A stretch of DNA of 64,000 bases, taken from contig OX597815.1 in NCBI GenBank assembly GCA_951406725.2, positions 129,270,001 to 129,334,000 on the forward strand, given 5' to 3'. The notes under the pieces are model-generated. The model had not been told where the DNA came from. It saw only the letters and a list, made by a program, of their open reading frames with translations, and did no database searches. Positions 1-12,741 of the stretch are shown here, piece by piece; positions within the stretch are counted from its first letter, which is position 1; each line of letters begins with the position of its first letter. Source of the DNA: Octopus vulgaris (lineage: Eukaryota). Made by a program: the position numbers and the translations under genes.

Positions 1-195
1 TAACTGAGGACTGGCGAGCCAGTTGGCTGCCACAGGCTCCAATCTGATCTGGCAGAGTTTCTACAGCTGGATGCCCTTCCTAACGTCAACTACTCCGAAA
101 GCGTAGTGGGTGCTTTTATGTGCCACCGGCACGAGGGCCAGTCAAGCGGTACTGGCAATGGCCATGCTCAAATGGTGTTTTTTATGTGCCACACC
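1..195 (-). mobile_element. RTE-clade LINE 3' UTR fragment
   Basis: Contains ctacagctggatgcccttcctaacg...gtagtgggtgctttt, the same 3' UTR that follows RTE ORF remnants at 23965, 32750 and 35880. Confidence 0.75.
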
Positions 196-371
196 TGAAG
201 ATTGCATAGTTTAATGCATGAAAGTACTAGTTCAATTAGAATGGTCATTTAATATTCTATCATTTCATTATATTACATTATATTATTACAGTATTGTAAA
301 TAAAGCGTGAAAATCAGACAAAGTTGGATTTTCTTTGAGTAATATATTCTATACACAATCATACACACAGC

Positions 372-421
<50 letters not shown>

Positions 422-422
<1 letters not shown>

Positions 423-655
423 GTAAAAAGCACCATCCGATCGTGGCCATTGCCAGCCTCCTCTGGCCCCTGTGCCAGTGGCACGTAAAAAGCACCCACT
501 ACACTCACGGAGTGATTGGCGTTAGGAAAGGCATCTAGCTGTAGAAACACTGCCAAATCAGACTGGAGTCTGGTGCAGCCTCCTGGCTTCCCAGACCCCA
601 GTCGAACTGTCCAATCCATGCTAGCATGGAAAATGGATGTTAAACGATGATGATG

Positions 656-657
<2 letters not shown>
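422..657 (+). mobile_element. RTE-clade LINE 3' end with (GAT)n tail, inserted in (TA)n
   Basis: aaaagcacccactacactcacggagtgattggcgttaggaaaggcatc...gttaaacgatgatgatgat. Confidence 0.8.
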
Positions 658-740
<83 letters not shown>

Positions 741-809
741 CATCATTTGTAAAAAACATAAATCCGGAGAAGCACACATAAAAATGTAGAGCAGTATATA
801 TTTTACTGG

Positions 810-992
810 GGAAGGCTAGTTTATGGGATTACTCTGGGTTCCCTGTCCATAAAGGGTTTAACTTTATGGCGTATCATTAGACTTCCAAAACCTGTTGGCA
901 TAACCAACAGGATTTGGGGGTCAAATGATACGCCATAAAATTAAATCCTTTATGGATGGAAAACCCAGAGTAATCCCATCAACCAGCCTTCC
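810..992. repeat. ~89 bp-arm imperfect hairpin flanked by TA-rich sequence
   Basis: 810-898 is the reverse complement of 904-992 with scattered mismatches; 5 nt loop. Confidence 0.9.
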
Positions 993-1037
<45 letters not shown>

Positions 1038-1273
1038 GAGTATTAATAGAAACACTTGTAAGTAAAGATGACCAACTTGCTGTTAGTAATAAACAATTAT
1101 GAACTTCCTAATCTCCATTTTCTTCTTTTAAATGAATATAAACTACGTTTTTATATATACCTTTTATTTTAAGGAAATTCATTCCACCAAAATGCTAGGT
1201 ATTGAACCAGTTATTTCCTTGGATGAAACTGTAGCATACACCCTTGTGATATTTCTCTCCTTTTTATTATATA

Positions 1274-2466
1274 CTAGCATTAACCCTTTAGCATTTGAAC
1301 CGGCCATATCCGGCCAAAAGTATTCTGCCTGTTTTATATTCAAACTGGCTAGATCTGGTCTCTCACACCAACCCTACAATGTCGTTTTAAAACTTAACAG
1401 CTACCTCATCAAAATCTCATAGCTCCAAGATAATGCTTGATTAGTTCAAGGCAATGTGGATGAAAAAGCATTAATTTTGGTAGAATAATGTGAACACTAA
1501 AGGGTTAAAGACCCATCGTTGCCGGGTCATAGTGCTAGTGCATGTATATATGTGTATATATATGTGTACATATTACATGTACATCTACACATAAAATACA
1601 AAATACAAAGTTATATCTTGATATCGCTAATGATAACAATACTCAAAATATATAACAGACTGGAATTGTTAGCCCGTCTCTTGTGATTTCAATCAATTGT
1701 ATCTTGTCCTCCCGCTTGTATAGAAGTGTGGCTACAATCCAGCCTACCTCTACTTCTGGGAGAGATGGGGGCATTTTTAATTTTTTACCGGGATTGTATA
1801 CTTTATAGACAATAGTCTTTTCTTTAATTTAATTTTTTATTATCCAGCTGGACTATTCCATTTCTGCACGCTAATTTTATTTTTAATTTATTCCCATTCA
1901 TGTGAAACCACTTATTCAAGTTCAAATCATTGATGCAATTTTATACCAATTGCTATTTTTGCTTTTGTTATGTTACAATTATATTATACTTTAGTTTGAT
2001 TTTAATTATTACTTACTACATATAATTCAATTGTTATTATTATTTTTATTGTTAAAGTGAAAGCATCTGACATAAAATAGAGAAACGTTTTTGTTTCACT
2101 TTTAACACGTAATACTGAAATAGTGGAGAAGATATGATATTACTATGGGCTCACTCTAGGCAAGAAGTTGAACATTTTTTTTTTGCCCATGAAACTACAT
2201 GGACCCTAAGTAAGGCAAGTGTAAAATTTGAATGGAATTGGTTGTGTAGTTCTCAAGATTTAGGGAATCGTAGTGGAGAAGATATGATATTGCTGTGGGC
2301 TCGCCCTAGGCAAAAAGTTCAAATTTTTTTTTGCCGATGACGCTCCACGGACCCTAAGTAAGGCATGTGTAAAATTTGAATGAAATTGGTAGTGTAGTTC
2401 TCAAGTTTTAGGGAAACACACAGACAGACACACAGATACACATTCTCAGTTTTATATATATAAAGA
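1274..2466 (-). mobile_element. Non-autonomous Helitron
   Basis: Minus strand starts TCtttatatatataaaactgagaatgtgtatctgtgtgtctgtc, ends with GC hairpin gacccggcaacgatgggtc then CTAG, inserted between A and T; internal ~155 bp tandem duplication at 2120-2415. Confidence 0.75.
1284..1504. mobile_element. TTAA-specific (piggyBac-type) MITE nested in the Helitron 3' end
   Basis: ttaa|ccctttag...ctaaaggg|ttaa; same family, opposite orientation, at 57150-57634. Confidence 0.8.
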
Positions 2467-2815
2467 TACATACATTCAAACGTAGCAGATAACAGCTAAC
2501 CTTTGGCTGATATTTGGACCCCCATTGTGTCCACTACTCTGATTGGTTGGTATTGGTTCAATTTGCCTCTTACTCTGTCACGCCAATATGCAGTGTATAA
2601 CCAATCAGTGCCCCTAAATAAGATCATGTGAGACAGCCTTTTTTCAACCCCATTTGAGCCACCTCTTCCACACCTTCTAAGGTCTAGCCACTGTCCACAC
2701 AAGACAGCCAGTTACAGTGACAATGCCAATACTGACCAATCAGAGTAGTGGACACAATGGGGTCCAAATAGCTGCCAAAGGTTAGGTGTTATCTGCTATG
2801 TTCGAATGTATGTAT
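2467..2815. repeat. Inverted repeat, ~90 bp arms with ~170 bp spacer
   Basis: 2467-2556 vs 2726-2815 (ttggacccccattgtgtccactactctgattggt / accaatcagagtagtggacacaatggggtccaa). Confidence 0.85.
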
Positions 2816-3329
2816 ATATGATAAAGGGGAGAGGAATTTCACTAGAGTGTACTTCTACAAAAGGAGCAAAATATAAGTGCATGCATCCCCCTCTCAACTC
2901 TCTAATCACGCTTCTTTGGCAATGTCCTACCACTTACATTATGATCGTTGAACTTCAAGGATAAGCCCTGGCACCATCTACATCTCTCTCTTCTTTTACT
3001 CAACCATCTCATGTTTATTCTGATCTCTATCCCTTGTAAGTATGCCAGCACTTTGCCACCATCACTATCCTGCTGTCTCCTACTCTCTCTCTTTCTCCTT
3101 CACTTCCCTCAGGTTAGCTAACCATGTATCTCCTTTATGGCAGCGCACCTGTTTCTGTCCTCATTCCTGATCTCTCCCCACCTCGGCTGGGTAACCTTGT
3201 ACCTTCTCTACAGCAAGGCACCTGTTTTTGTCTCTCTGTCTCACTATAACTTTTCATCATCTGACACAAGATCACCTCCTCCAGTGCCCCCTCCCTTCTC
3301 AAAGGATCTTTGTCTTGCAAGTTCCTTGG

Positions 3330-3627
3330 TGACCCTGTCAGTGCTGGTGCCACTTAAAAAGCATCTAGTCCACACTGTAAAGTGGATGGTATTTAAAGGG
3401 GCATCCTGCTGTAAGAACCTTCCCAAAACTGACCTTACCTGTGCTTGTGCCACATGAAAAGCACTCAGTTCACTCTGCCGGGTGGTTGGCATTAGAAAGG
3501 GCATCCAGCTGTTAAAATCCTACCAAAACAGACACAGAAATCTGCTGCAGGCTTCTGGCTGGCTGGCTCCTGTCAAACTGTCCCACCCATGCCAGCATAG
3601 AAGGCAGATGTTAAACAATGGTGATGA
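3330..3627 (+). mobile_element. RTE-type 3' UTR copy (degenerate)
   Basis: gtggttggcattagaaagggcatccagctg...cccatgccagcatag...gttaaacaatggtgatg. Confidence 0.65.
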
Positions 3628-3804
3628 ATTTGTATTTCTAAAATAACCACCCCAAGTTACAACGAAATCTTTCTTACCATTTCATATGCAGAATCTGACA
3701 AACAAATATAAAAATGGAAAACAAAACTTACATTCATTTTTTCTGTCAAAACATGTTCCTCACCTCACCAACTAAAAATGAGAACCAAAACTTAACTAAA
3801 TTAA

Positions 3805-4010
3805 CTCTTTTGATAACAATCCACACCAGGTTTTCTCATACAAATTTCCTATTTTAAAATTATCTAAATTTCAGTCAAAGTTTCATGTTAATTTGTGATC
3901 CAATCAACAGCTTTGATAATGACAAAGTTATTTTACTAAATTTTTCATTACTTACAAACGTAACTGAAACACGGGCAATGTCTTCCAACAGAGGTGCAGT
4001 AACAAAAGAG
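3805..4010. mobile_element. TTAA-specific MITE
   Basis: ttaa|ctcttttg...caaaagag|ttaa; a related copy at ~4055-4679 is interrupted by a SINE. Confidence 0.7.
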
Positions 4011-4162
4011 TTAAAAGTAATCTTACTACATCATCATCTGGTAAAGAGGTCTAACCCTTTTCATACCATTCCACTTGAGACTGCCCTCCGGTTCTATAGC
4101 ACAAACTCCCTGTTGCAAAGTGATCTAAGCTAAAACCTTACCTCAAAATTCCATTTCTCTTT

Positions 4163-4547
4163 CTCTCTTTTACTTGTTTCAGTCATTTGACTGCAGCCAT
4201 GCTGGAGCACCGCCTTTAGTCGAGCAAATCGACCCCGGGACTTATTCTTTGTAAGCCCAGTACTTATTCTATCGGTCTCTTTTGCCGAACCGCTAAGTGA
4301 CGGGGACGTAAACACACAAGCAATGCTAGGGGGACAAACACAGACACAGAAACATATACACAAACACATATATATATACATATATACGACAAGCTTCTTT
4401 CAGTTTCCGTCTACCAAATCCACTCACAAGGCATTGGTCGGCCCGAGGCTATAGCAGAAGACACTTGCCCAAGATGCCACGCAGTGAGACTGAACCCGGA
4501 ACCATGTGATTAGTAAGCAAGCTACTTACCACACAGCCACTCCTGCA
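4163..4547 (-). mobile_element. tRNA-derived SINE family A (internal microsatellite), full length
   Basis: Minus strand: head ggagtggctgtgtggtaagtagc (A box), ggttccgggttcagtc (B box), cttgggcaagtgtc body, (TA/TG)n centre, tail ggcggtgctccagcatggctgcagtcaaatgactgaaacaagtaaaag. Confidence 0.9.
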
Positions 4548-4729
4548 CCATGTAAATTTATGTTCCAAAAACCAGCTTAATAATGACAAGATTATTTGAT
4601 TAAACCATTCATTATTTTCAAGATTAGCTGATACCAAAACAATGTATTTTAAACAAATATATGGTAAAAAAAAAAGTGGTTAAAGCTGATTTCATCAATC
4701 AAGAAACTAATAATAGAATTGGTTAGCAT

Positions 4730-5150
4730 TTTCTTTTAATTGTTTCAGTCATTTGACTGTGGCCATGCTGGAGTGCCACCGTTAATCAAACAAATCAACC
4801 CCAGGACTTATTCTTTGTAAGCCTAGTACTTATTCTACTTGTTTCTTTTGCCGAACCGGTAAGTTACAGGGATGTAAACACTTCAGCATTGGTTGTCAAG
4901 CGATTATGGGAGGACAAAGGGACAAACTCAGACACATAAATACATACATATACATGCATATATATATGTATATATATATATATATATATATGATGGACTT
5001 CTTTCAGTTTCGTCTACTAAATCCATTTACAAGGCTTTGGTCAGCCCAAGGTTATGGTAGAAGACTTTTGCCCAAGGTGCCATGTTATGGGATTGAACCC
5101 GGAACCATGTGATTGGGAAGCAAGCTTCTTACCACACGGCCATTCCTGTG
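4730..5150 (-). mobile_element. SINE family A
   Basis: Co-linear with 4163-4547. Confidence 0.85.
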
Positions 5151-5399
5151 CCCTTCAATATTCTGATAAGAAAATGCTGTCTCAAATCCGAGAGCTCATG
5201 GCTTATAAGTGACTGAAAACACCATATTCCCACTGAATGGGACACCAGTCTCTCACAGGATTACTCATAACTGTGAACAATGTGAAATGAAGTGTTTTGC
5301 TCAAGAACACAATGCACCATCCATTCTGGGAATCAAAACCTTGATCTTGCAGTTGAGCATGCAACATCCTAATCACAAGGCCATGCACTTTTTAAACTT

Positions 5400-5815
5400 T
5401 ACTTCTTTCCATCACTAGATTGTGGCCATGTTTGAGCACTGCTTTGAAGAATTTTTAGCTGAATGAATCAATGCCAGTACTTATTTTCTTAAAACTGGTA
5501 CTCTATTGGTCTCTTTTGCCAAATTGCTAGGTTACAGGAACATAAACACACCAACACCTCTTGTCAAGTGGTGGTGGGGCACAAACACAGACACAGAAAT
5601 GTGCAAACACTTGCATACACATGCACACATGCGTGCATACTCTCACATGCACATACAAACACAAACACACATGTACATACAACAGACTTCTTTCAGTTTC
5701 TGTCTCTCAAATTCATTCACAAGACTTTGATCAGTCCACGGCACTTGCCCAAGTTGCCATGCAGTAAGACTGAATCCAGAGCCATGTGGTTGAGAAGCAA
5801 GCTTCTTAACACACA
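5400..5815 (-). mobile_element. SINE family A (diverged)
   Basis: Co-linear, more mutated copy. Confidence 0.7.
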
Positions 5816-5844
5816 CCTAAGTGCCTGTTCCTTTATTGATATTC

Positions 5845-6080
5845 TCTTCTTTTACTCTTTTACTTGTTTCAGTCATTTGACTGTGGCCATGCTGGAGCAC
5901 CACCTTTAGTCGAGCAAATCAACCCCAGGACTTCTTCTTTGTAAGCCCAGTACTTATTCTATCGGTCACTTTTTGCCGAACTGCTAAGTTACAGGGGTGT
6001 AAACACACCAGCATCGGTTGTCAAGCGATGTTGGGGGGGACAAACACAGACACAGAAACATATACACACACACACATACA

Positions 6081-6128
<48 letters not shown>

Positions 6129-6285
6129 TGATGGGCTTCTTTAAGTTTCTGTCTACCAAATCCACTCTCAAGGCTTTGGTCAGCCCAAGGCTATAGTAGA
6201 AGACACTTGCCCAAGGTGCCACACAGTGGGACTGAACCCGGAACCATGTGGTTGATAAGCAAGCTACTTACCACACAGCCACTCT
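5845..6285 (-). mobile_element. SINE family A
   Basis: Co-linear with 4163-4547. Confidence 0.9.
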
Positions 6286-6833
6286 TGATAAAGAACCAAA
6301 ATCAGAATGAGGCATTAATACAGGAATTAAAGCTATTTTATGTCCCTTCACACTGCACTTGAGGAAAAGAACATATAGTAATGTTTAATCCTAGATCAGT
6401 TCTGATAGAGCAAAGCTACAATGAAAAGCATACCAACCGTGGCTATTTTCACTTTAATTTTTCAAGCATATCATATCTCAGATTAACTTGTGCAATATCT
6501 CTTTATATTTTAAGATGTTAAGACTGGGATTTGAATGAAATTTGGATACTTTTACTAACAGAACAGGTAGACATTCAACAAATTAAAAGATTTTGAAGAT
6601 TAAAAGATTTCATGCGAGATATATAGGTTGCTATTTGTTCTAGAGGCTTCAGTTGTCCAGCAAATGTCAGTATATTTGAAATTTTACATTACACACACAG
6701 ACACACATTTACATGTGACCTTGCTTTTATGCTAGTTTGATTTAAAACATTTGACAATAATGCTTTGCATTTGAGTGTGTGTGTTTCCAGGATGTGTTCT
6801 GTAGATAAGCAACATGATATGCAGTGCAAAGTA

Positions 6834-6837
<4 letters not shown>

Positions 6838-6882
<45 letters not shown>

Positions 6883-6916
6883 ATATGTATACACATACAT
6901 ACATACTGTATGTATA

Positions 6917-6992
<76 letters not shown>
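6838..6992. repeat. (TA)n/(TATG)n compound microsatellite
   Basis: Direct reading. Confidence 0.95.
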
Positions 6993-7340
6993 GCAGCAGT
7001 ATTAAGGACATAGATACAATCAGTGTAGTGGATAAGTCCATTTACACACACATAAGCACACATGTGAAATGCATATACACAAGCATATGCACACACACAT
7101 GAATGCATGCACATACACACAGGTGCATACACACAGATATAAATGCAAACACATGCACAGATAAGGAAACACACCATAGAAAGACAGAATGGACAAAGCA
7201 GAACAGGTAGATACACGAAGAAGGAAAGGGTCGCTGAAGAGGTCATAGATGTGTGACAAAAGATTTGTGGACAATGGACATGTCATAAAATAAGAACTAA
7301 TATATGAGTGAAGAACGAATATATAGTGTGTGTTTATTTT
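6992..7340 (+). mobile_element. Probable Penelope-like terminal repeat remnant with degenerate hammerhead-like motif
   Basis: Near-identical to 12140-12372 and, inverted, to 11388-11493; contains ctgaagag-gtcata-gatg-tgtgac-aaaa. Confidence 0.5.
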
Positions 7341-7359
7341 TACATATATATATATATAT

Positions 7360-7437
7360 ATCAAAATAAGCAACAAGGATATCCAGAGGTAACGCACTAC
7401 TGTATAACCTCTGGATATCCTTGTTGCTTATTTTGAT
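7360..7437. repeat. Perfect 31 bp-arm hairpin adjacent to (TA)n
   Basis: atcaaaataagcaacaaggatatccagaggt ... acctctggatatccttgttgcttattttgat. Confidence 0.9.
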
Positions 7438-7555
7438 TTTAATCGCTTTATTTTGAAATTGTATGGATAATAACATGCTAAATTCTGGTGCCTCAACTCA
7501 AGTACCATATTCATCTGAATCTAAATTTTTGCTGAACTCATCTACCATACCCAAA

Positions 7556-7596
<41 letters not shown>

Positions 7597-7600
<4 letters not shown>

Positions 7601-8055
7601 CATCATTATCATCATCGTTTAATGTCCGTTTTCCATGCTAGCATGGGTTGGACAGTCCGACCGGGGTCTGGAAAGCCAGGAGGCTGCACCAGGCTCCTGT
7701 CTGATCTGGCAGTGCTTCTACAGCTGGATACCCTTCCTAACACCAACCGCTCCGTGAGTGTAGTGGGTGCTTTTTACATACCAACAGCACAGGGGCCAGA
7801 AGAGGCTGGCAAACAGCGACAATCGGTTGGTGCTTTTTTATGTGTCACCAATACAGACACCAGTCAAGGCGCCACTGGCATCAACCAAGTTCAGATGGTG
7901 CCTTTTATGTGGGTACCACAACTACAAATTCCATTGAATTTTATTTTGATGTTGATGTATTTGACTCAATAGATCTCCTCAAGCACAGCAGGTCGCCCTA
8001 TGATCCAAGGTTAGCACAGCAGGCCGTCCTGTGAGCCATGAACTCACTTCATTTA
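7597..8055 (-). mobile_element. RTE LINE 3' UTR
   Basis: (CAT)n tail at left; co-linear with 35140-35590. Confidence 0.8.
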
Positions 8056-8094
8056 TATACATATATATATTTATATATATTCATTCTCTTTCTG

Positions 8095-8240
8095 TTTATT
8101 TTCTCTTATTCCTTTTTGTTGAAGAGCGTAGGCTCAAAACTTAAAAGACTTTTTCATTTTCCCAAGCATCAAACTAATACACCTGCTTGTTGCTCATATA
8201 CCTTCCTTCATCTTTAGCTTTAAAATAAATTTCAACTATA
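8095..8240 (+). mobile_element. Penelope-like terminal remnant with decayed hammerhead motif
   Basis: cttt-ttgttga-a-gagc-gtag-gctc-aaaac-tta-aaag at 8111-8147, between (TA)n tracts. Confidence 0.45.
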
Positions 8241-8279
8241 TATATATATATATATATAGTTATATATATTCTTTTATTC

Positions 8280-8482
8280 ACTTATTCTTTTATTCATTTG
8301 ACTACAGCCATGCTAGAACACCACCTTTAGTCAAAGAAATCGATCTCAAGACTCATTCTTTGTAAGCTTAGTACTTATTCTATCAGTCACCTTTGCTGAA
8401 CTACTAAGTGACAGGGATGTAGGCACATCAACATCGGTTGTCAGGCAATGATGGTGGGACAAGCACAGACACACACACAAAT

Positions 8483-8532
<50 letters not shown>

Positions 8533-8680
8533 CAGGCTTATTTCAGTTTTCTTCTACTAAATCCACTCACAAGGCTTTGGTTGGTCCGAAGCTATAATAG
8601 AAGACACATGCTCAAGGTGACACACAGTGGGACTGAACCTGGAACTATGTTGTTGGGAAGCAAGCTTCTTACTACACACG
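8280..8680 (-). mobile_element. SINE family A
   Basis: Co-linear with 4163-4547; (CA)n centre. Confidence 0.85.
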
Positions 8681-8711
8681 CACACTGCCACTATTTATAT
8701 ATACATATATA

Positions 8712-10297
8712 TCTACTACATATGTGGAAAATCGGTGTGTGTTTGTTTGTAGTGTTGTTAGGTAACTCCTCCTACATCGTTTTATTGATTTGGATGAAAC
8801 TTGATACGTGAGTAGAACTCATGTCTGGAAACCTTGTGACATGCTTAGATCGTTGAAACAATCAATAATACAGCCCAAGGAAGGAATCTTTATATCTACC
8901 TCATATAACTATTTTTTTAAAATATCCAAGGGAAATAACCCATAGTACCTGCACAATATTTTTTTAACACTCAAGGAAAATAACCCATAGCACCTTCACT
9001 TACAGTTGTTAGTTTTTAGCGAAGTGATCAATATTTGATTTTCATGATCAGCAAACCTAATTGTGCATTTCACTACCCACAGTTTTCAACTGCTAAACCT
9101 TATTATTGCACTTTCTTGATGCATGTACACTTTCAACGCCCATAATTCCGATAATTCTGCATTTTTCCAGTTAAAATTTTTCGATGACAGTACATAAATT
9201 TTTTTTATTCCAGAATGCGTGTGTCTCATACTTTGAATGCTTAAAATTCTTAAAAAATGAAACCAAACTTCCACACCACATTCAGTTGGGACACCCTGTA
9301 TCACTTATACTTATTTTACAAATCATAATATTTATTGCTTATTTACAGTTCATACAACATTTTCATGAAACTAATTGAGCCATCGAATTTAGAAATATTT
9401 TACAGGTTTCATGATGTATGTTTGATTACTTTGAATACATCCCCTGGAAGTGACCTTTATATCTACCTCATATAACTAATTTATTTTAAACACCCAAAGG
9501 AAATAACCCATTTCATTGTTTATGTTCGATTACTTTGAATATTGATTTTTTTGTGCATCCTATTTTTAATTTTTGCAGACAATATCACTTTTATACTTTA
9601 TTTGACACATGAGTAGATCTCATGCCAGGAAACCTCATGACATACTTAGATTGCTGAAAAAAATTGATAATAGCGCCCCTCCAATGGATCCTGTTATCTA
9701 CTACATATTACTAATATTTTATTTAAACAACCCAAGGGAAATAACCCATGCCACTTGCAGTTTTTAGTGAAGCGATCAATATTTGATTCTTACGATCAGC
9801 CAACCTAATTCTGCATTTCACTATTCAGTTTTGAACTGCTAAACATTATCATCGCACTTCCTTGATTTGAATCTTAAACCTTAAAGACTTTATTCATACA
9901 TTTCTATATATACATACTTTTTTGAATGCCCATTACTCCTATAATTCTGCATTTTTACAGTTACACTTTTTCCATGACAGTAGATAAATTTTTTATTCCA
10001 CAGCATATTTGTAGTAGCTTCATGCAAGCATAGCATGGATGCGATCCTCGATTGTCAAATTTCACTTAACACTTTCACAGCGCTTTTCTCACGCAACCTC
10101 CAAAAACCTCTCTCGACAGCTTCTCTTGCCAACCTCCAACAATCTTTCCCTCCTCCAGCTGACAGTTTTTTGTACATTTTTGTGACGGAAAATACACTTT
10201 TTGTGGCAGTTATAACGAAATTGCTTTCTTATATCAGAGTAATAAGGCATTTCAATAGAAAATCTTTACCCCGGAAATTACCGGGTACACCAGCTAG
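8712..10297 (+). mobile_element. Non-autonomous Helitron, copy 1
   Basis: a|TCtactacatatgtggaaa 5' end; 3' hairpin cccggaaattaccggg then CTAG; internal ~330 bp duplications (8800-9120 vs 9600-9865). Confidence 0.8.
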
Positions 10298-11213
10298 TCT
10301 ACTACATATGTGCAAATCCGTGGGTGTGTTTGTTTGTGGCATTGTTATTTAACTCCTCCTACAGCGTTTTATCGATTTTGATGAAACTTGACATGTGAGT
10401 AGAACTCATGTCTGGAAAACTAGTGACATACTTAGATTGTTGAAAAAAAATTGATATTAGGACCCCTGGAAGGGATTCTTATATCTACTACATATAACTA
10501 ATATATTATTTTTAAACATCCAAGGGAAATAACCCATTTGCTCCTGAAAGGGATCCGTATATATATATATATAGCCAAGGGAAGTAACCTATTGATTTCG
10601 TAAATTATTTTATATAAATCAAATTGAGTATGCTTATTTCTTAGTATTTGTGCTATTTGAGTTATTTTTGCAATTTATCCAGTACAATGCTTAAGCAAGC
10701 AAATAGTATTTTCCTAAACAATAGATCTACTTATTTCGGTTAGTGACTTATTCACGAATATACCAACACTAATGCTGCTAAGGGTAATATTTTCTGCAAA
10801 TGCACAAAAGCATTTTTCACAGTTATTTACTTTGAATTGTTATTATCTCATATCTGATTAGCTGGTTATTATGTAACATGCTTCACGATTTTAGTACACA
10901 TACCTTAGTATTTCCTCCTAAGTTCTATATACTCTGGGAACATATTAAAGCCCTTTTCAAGACTACTTTATTTGAATTCTTACTATCGTGTAATTAATTT
11001 CATGTTATTACATAATTGACTTCACACTTTGGGTATTCATAACTTATTGGGAATTCCTAAATACAAGATCTTGTGTAAGACAGTTTGGTATTCTCAATAA
11101 ATACACAAAAACCATTTTAAGGGCTACATATTTTGTATTGCTGTTACTTGATTAGCGAAACAATTATGAGAATGAAACTAAGGGATAAGCCCCAGTTTCC
11201 CAAGAATTACCAG
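10298..11213 (+). mobile_element. Helitron copy 2, head-to-tail with copy 1 (3' end uncertain)
   Basis: Junction cagCTAG|TCtactacatatgtgcaaa; first ~240 bp homologous to 8712-8945. Confidence 0.6.
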
Positions 11214-11494
11214 TTACGTCATACATACATACACACATATATATATATACACACACACACACATTTATGAATTAACGAATATATATATATATATACAGAT
11301 GGTTATGAATTTGTTTTGCAAGATTCTTGATTTGAAAACTTGCATTGAAACAGATATTGTATTTTGGGATGGTCATTTTTTTTGCCAAATAAACACACAC
11401 TATATATTCATTCTTCACTCATATATTACTGTTCTTATTTTATGATACATCCATTGTCCACAAATCTTTTGTCACACATCTATGACCTCTTCAA

Positions 11495-11862
11495 GTGCCT
11501 GTCCAACAGTGATTGCATCATCCATACTCTCAACAGTGCGCCTTTAAATATGGTTTCTGACTATAAATATCTTGGGTCATACATCTGGAAAAGACTTTCT
11601 AACTAGAAAGGGTATGGCCTGGTCAGCCTGTAATGACATGCATAAGATCTGGTCATCAAATCTAAGTAGAGGCTTCAAACTTGAAATATTCAAAGCCACA
11701 ATCGAACCAATTCTACTATATGGCTCAGAAACCTGGACGTTATCATAGAAGCTTGAGAGGCGGTTGGATGGAACCTACACTCGCCTCCTTATGAGAGCTC
11801 AAAATCTCTCGTGGAAGTGCCATCCAACCAAAATGCAAATATATGGGAAATTACCACCTGTG
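11495..11862 (+). pseudogene. RTE-clade LINE RT C-terminal fragment (second RTE lineage)
   Basis: VSDYKYLGSYI / KGMAWSACNDMHKIWSS / IEPILLYGSETWTLS*KLERRLDGTYTRLLM, with stop and frameshift. Confidence 0.8.
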
Positions 11863-11964
11863 GAAATTACCACAAAGAATAAGTCCCGGGGTCAATTTGC
11901 TCGACTAAAAGGCGGTGCTCCAGCATGGCTGCAGTCAAATGACTGAAACAAGTAAAAGAGTAAA

Positions 11965-12372
11965 AGAGTAACAGTAGCAGCAGCAACAAAAGAGAAAACA
12001 TGGGCGAGAGGTGGGTTAACATACCAAGTACACTAAGAACAATGATGATAATGGTAGCAACAATATAAAGGACACAGATAATGGTAGAAACAGTATAAAG
12101 GACACAGATAATGGTATCAACAGTATAAAGGACACGGAGTGTAGTGGATAAATCCATATAAACACACATAAGCACACATGTGAAATGCATATACATTCAT
12201 ATACACAAGCATATGCACACACACATGAATGCATGCACATACACACAGGTGCATACACACAGATATAAATGCAAACACATGCACAGATAAGAAAACACAC
12301 CATAGAAAGACAGAATGGACAAAGCAGAACAGGTAGATACATGAGGATGGAAAGGGTCACTGAAGAGGTCAT
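11965..12372 (+). mobile_element. Penelope-associated 3' non-coding repeat
   Basis: Homologous to 6992-7245 and to 13505-13610; internal ~30 bp tandem repeat gataatggtag..ataaaggacaca. Confidence 0.5.
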
Positions 12373-12394
12373 CATCATCATCATTGTTTGACCG

Positions 12395-12741
12395 TGGAGC
12401 ACCGCCTTTTAGTCGAGCAAATTGACCCCGGGACTTATTCTTTGTAAGCCCAGTACTTATTGTATTGGTCTCTTTTTGCCAAACCGCTAAGTGACGGGGA
12501 CGTAAATACACCAGCATCGGTTGTCAAGCAATGCTAGGGGGGCAAACACATACACACAAGCACACACACACACATATATATATATACGACAGGCTTCTTT
12601 CAGTTTCCGTCTACCAAATCCACTCACAAGGCATTGGTCGGCCCAGGGCTATAGCAGAAGATACTTGCCCAAGATGCCACGCAGTGGGACTGAACCTGGA
12701 ACCATGTGGTTGGTTAGCAAGCTACTTACCACACAGCCACT
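12395..12741 (-). mobile_element. SINE family A
   Basis: Co-linear with 4163-4547. Confidence 0.9.

Noticed and set aside
6689-7246. 185 aa ORF and the many YIYI/CVCV/MYVC/HTHT ORFs throughout the window
   Set aside because: Stop-free translations of di- and tetranucleotide microsatellites and SINE bodies; no protein-like features.
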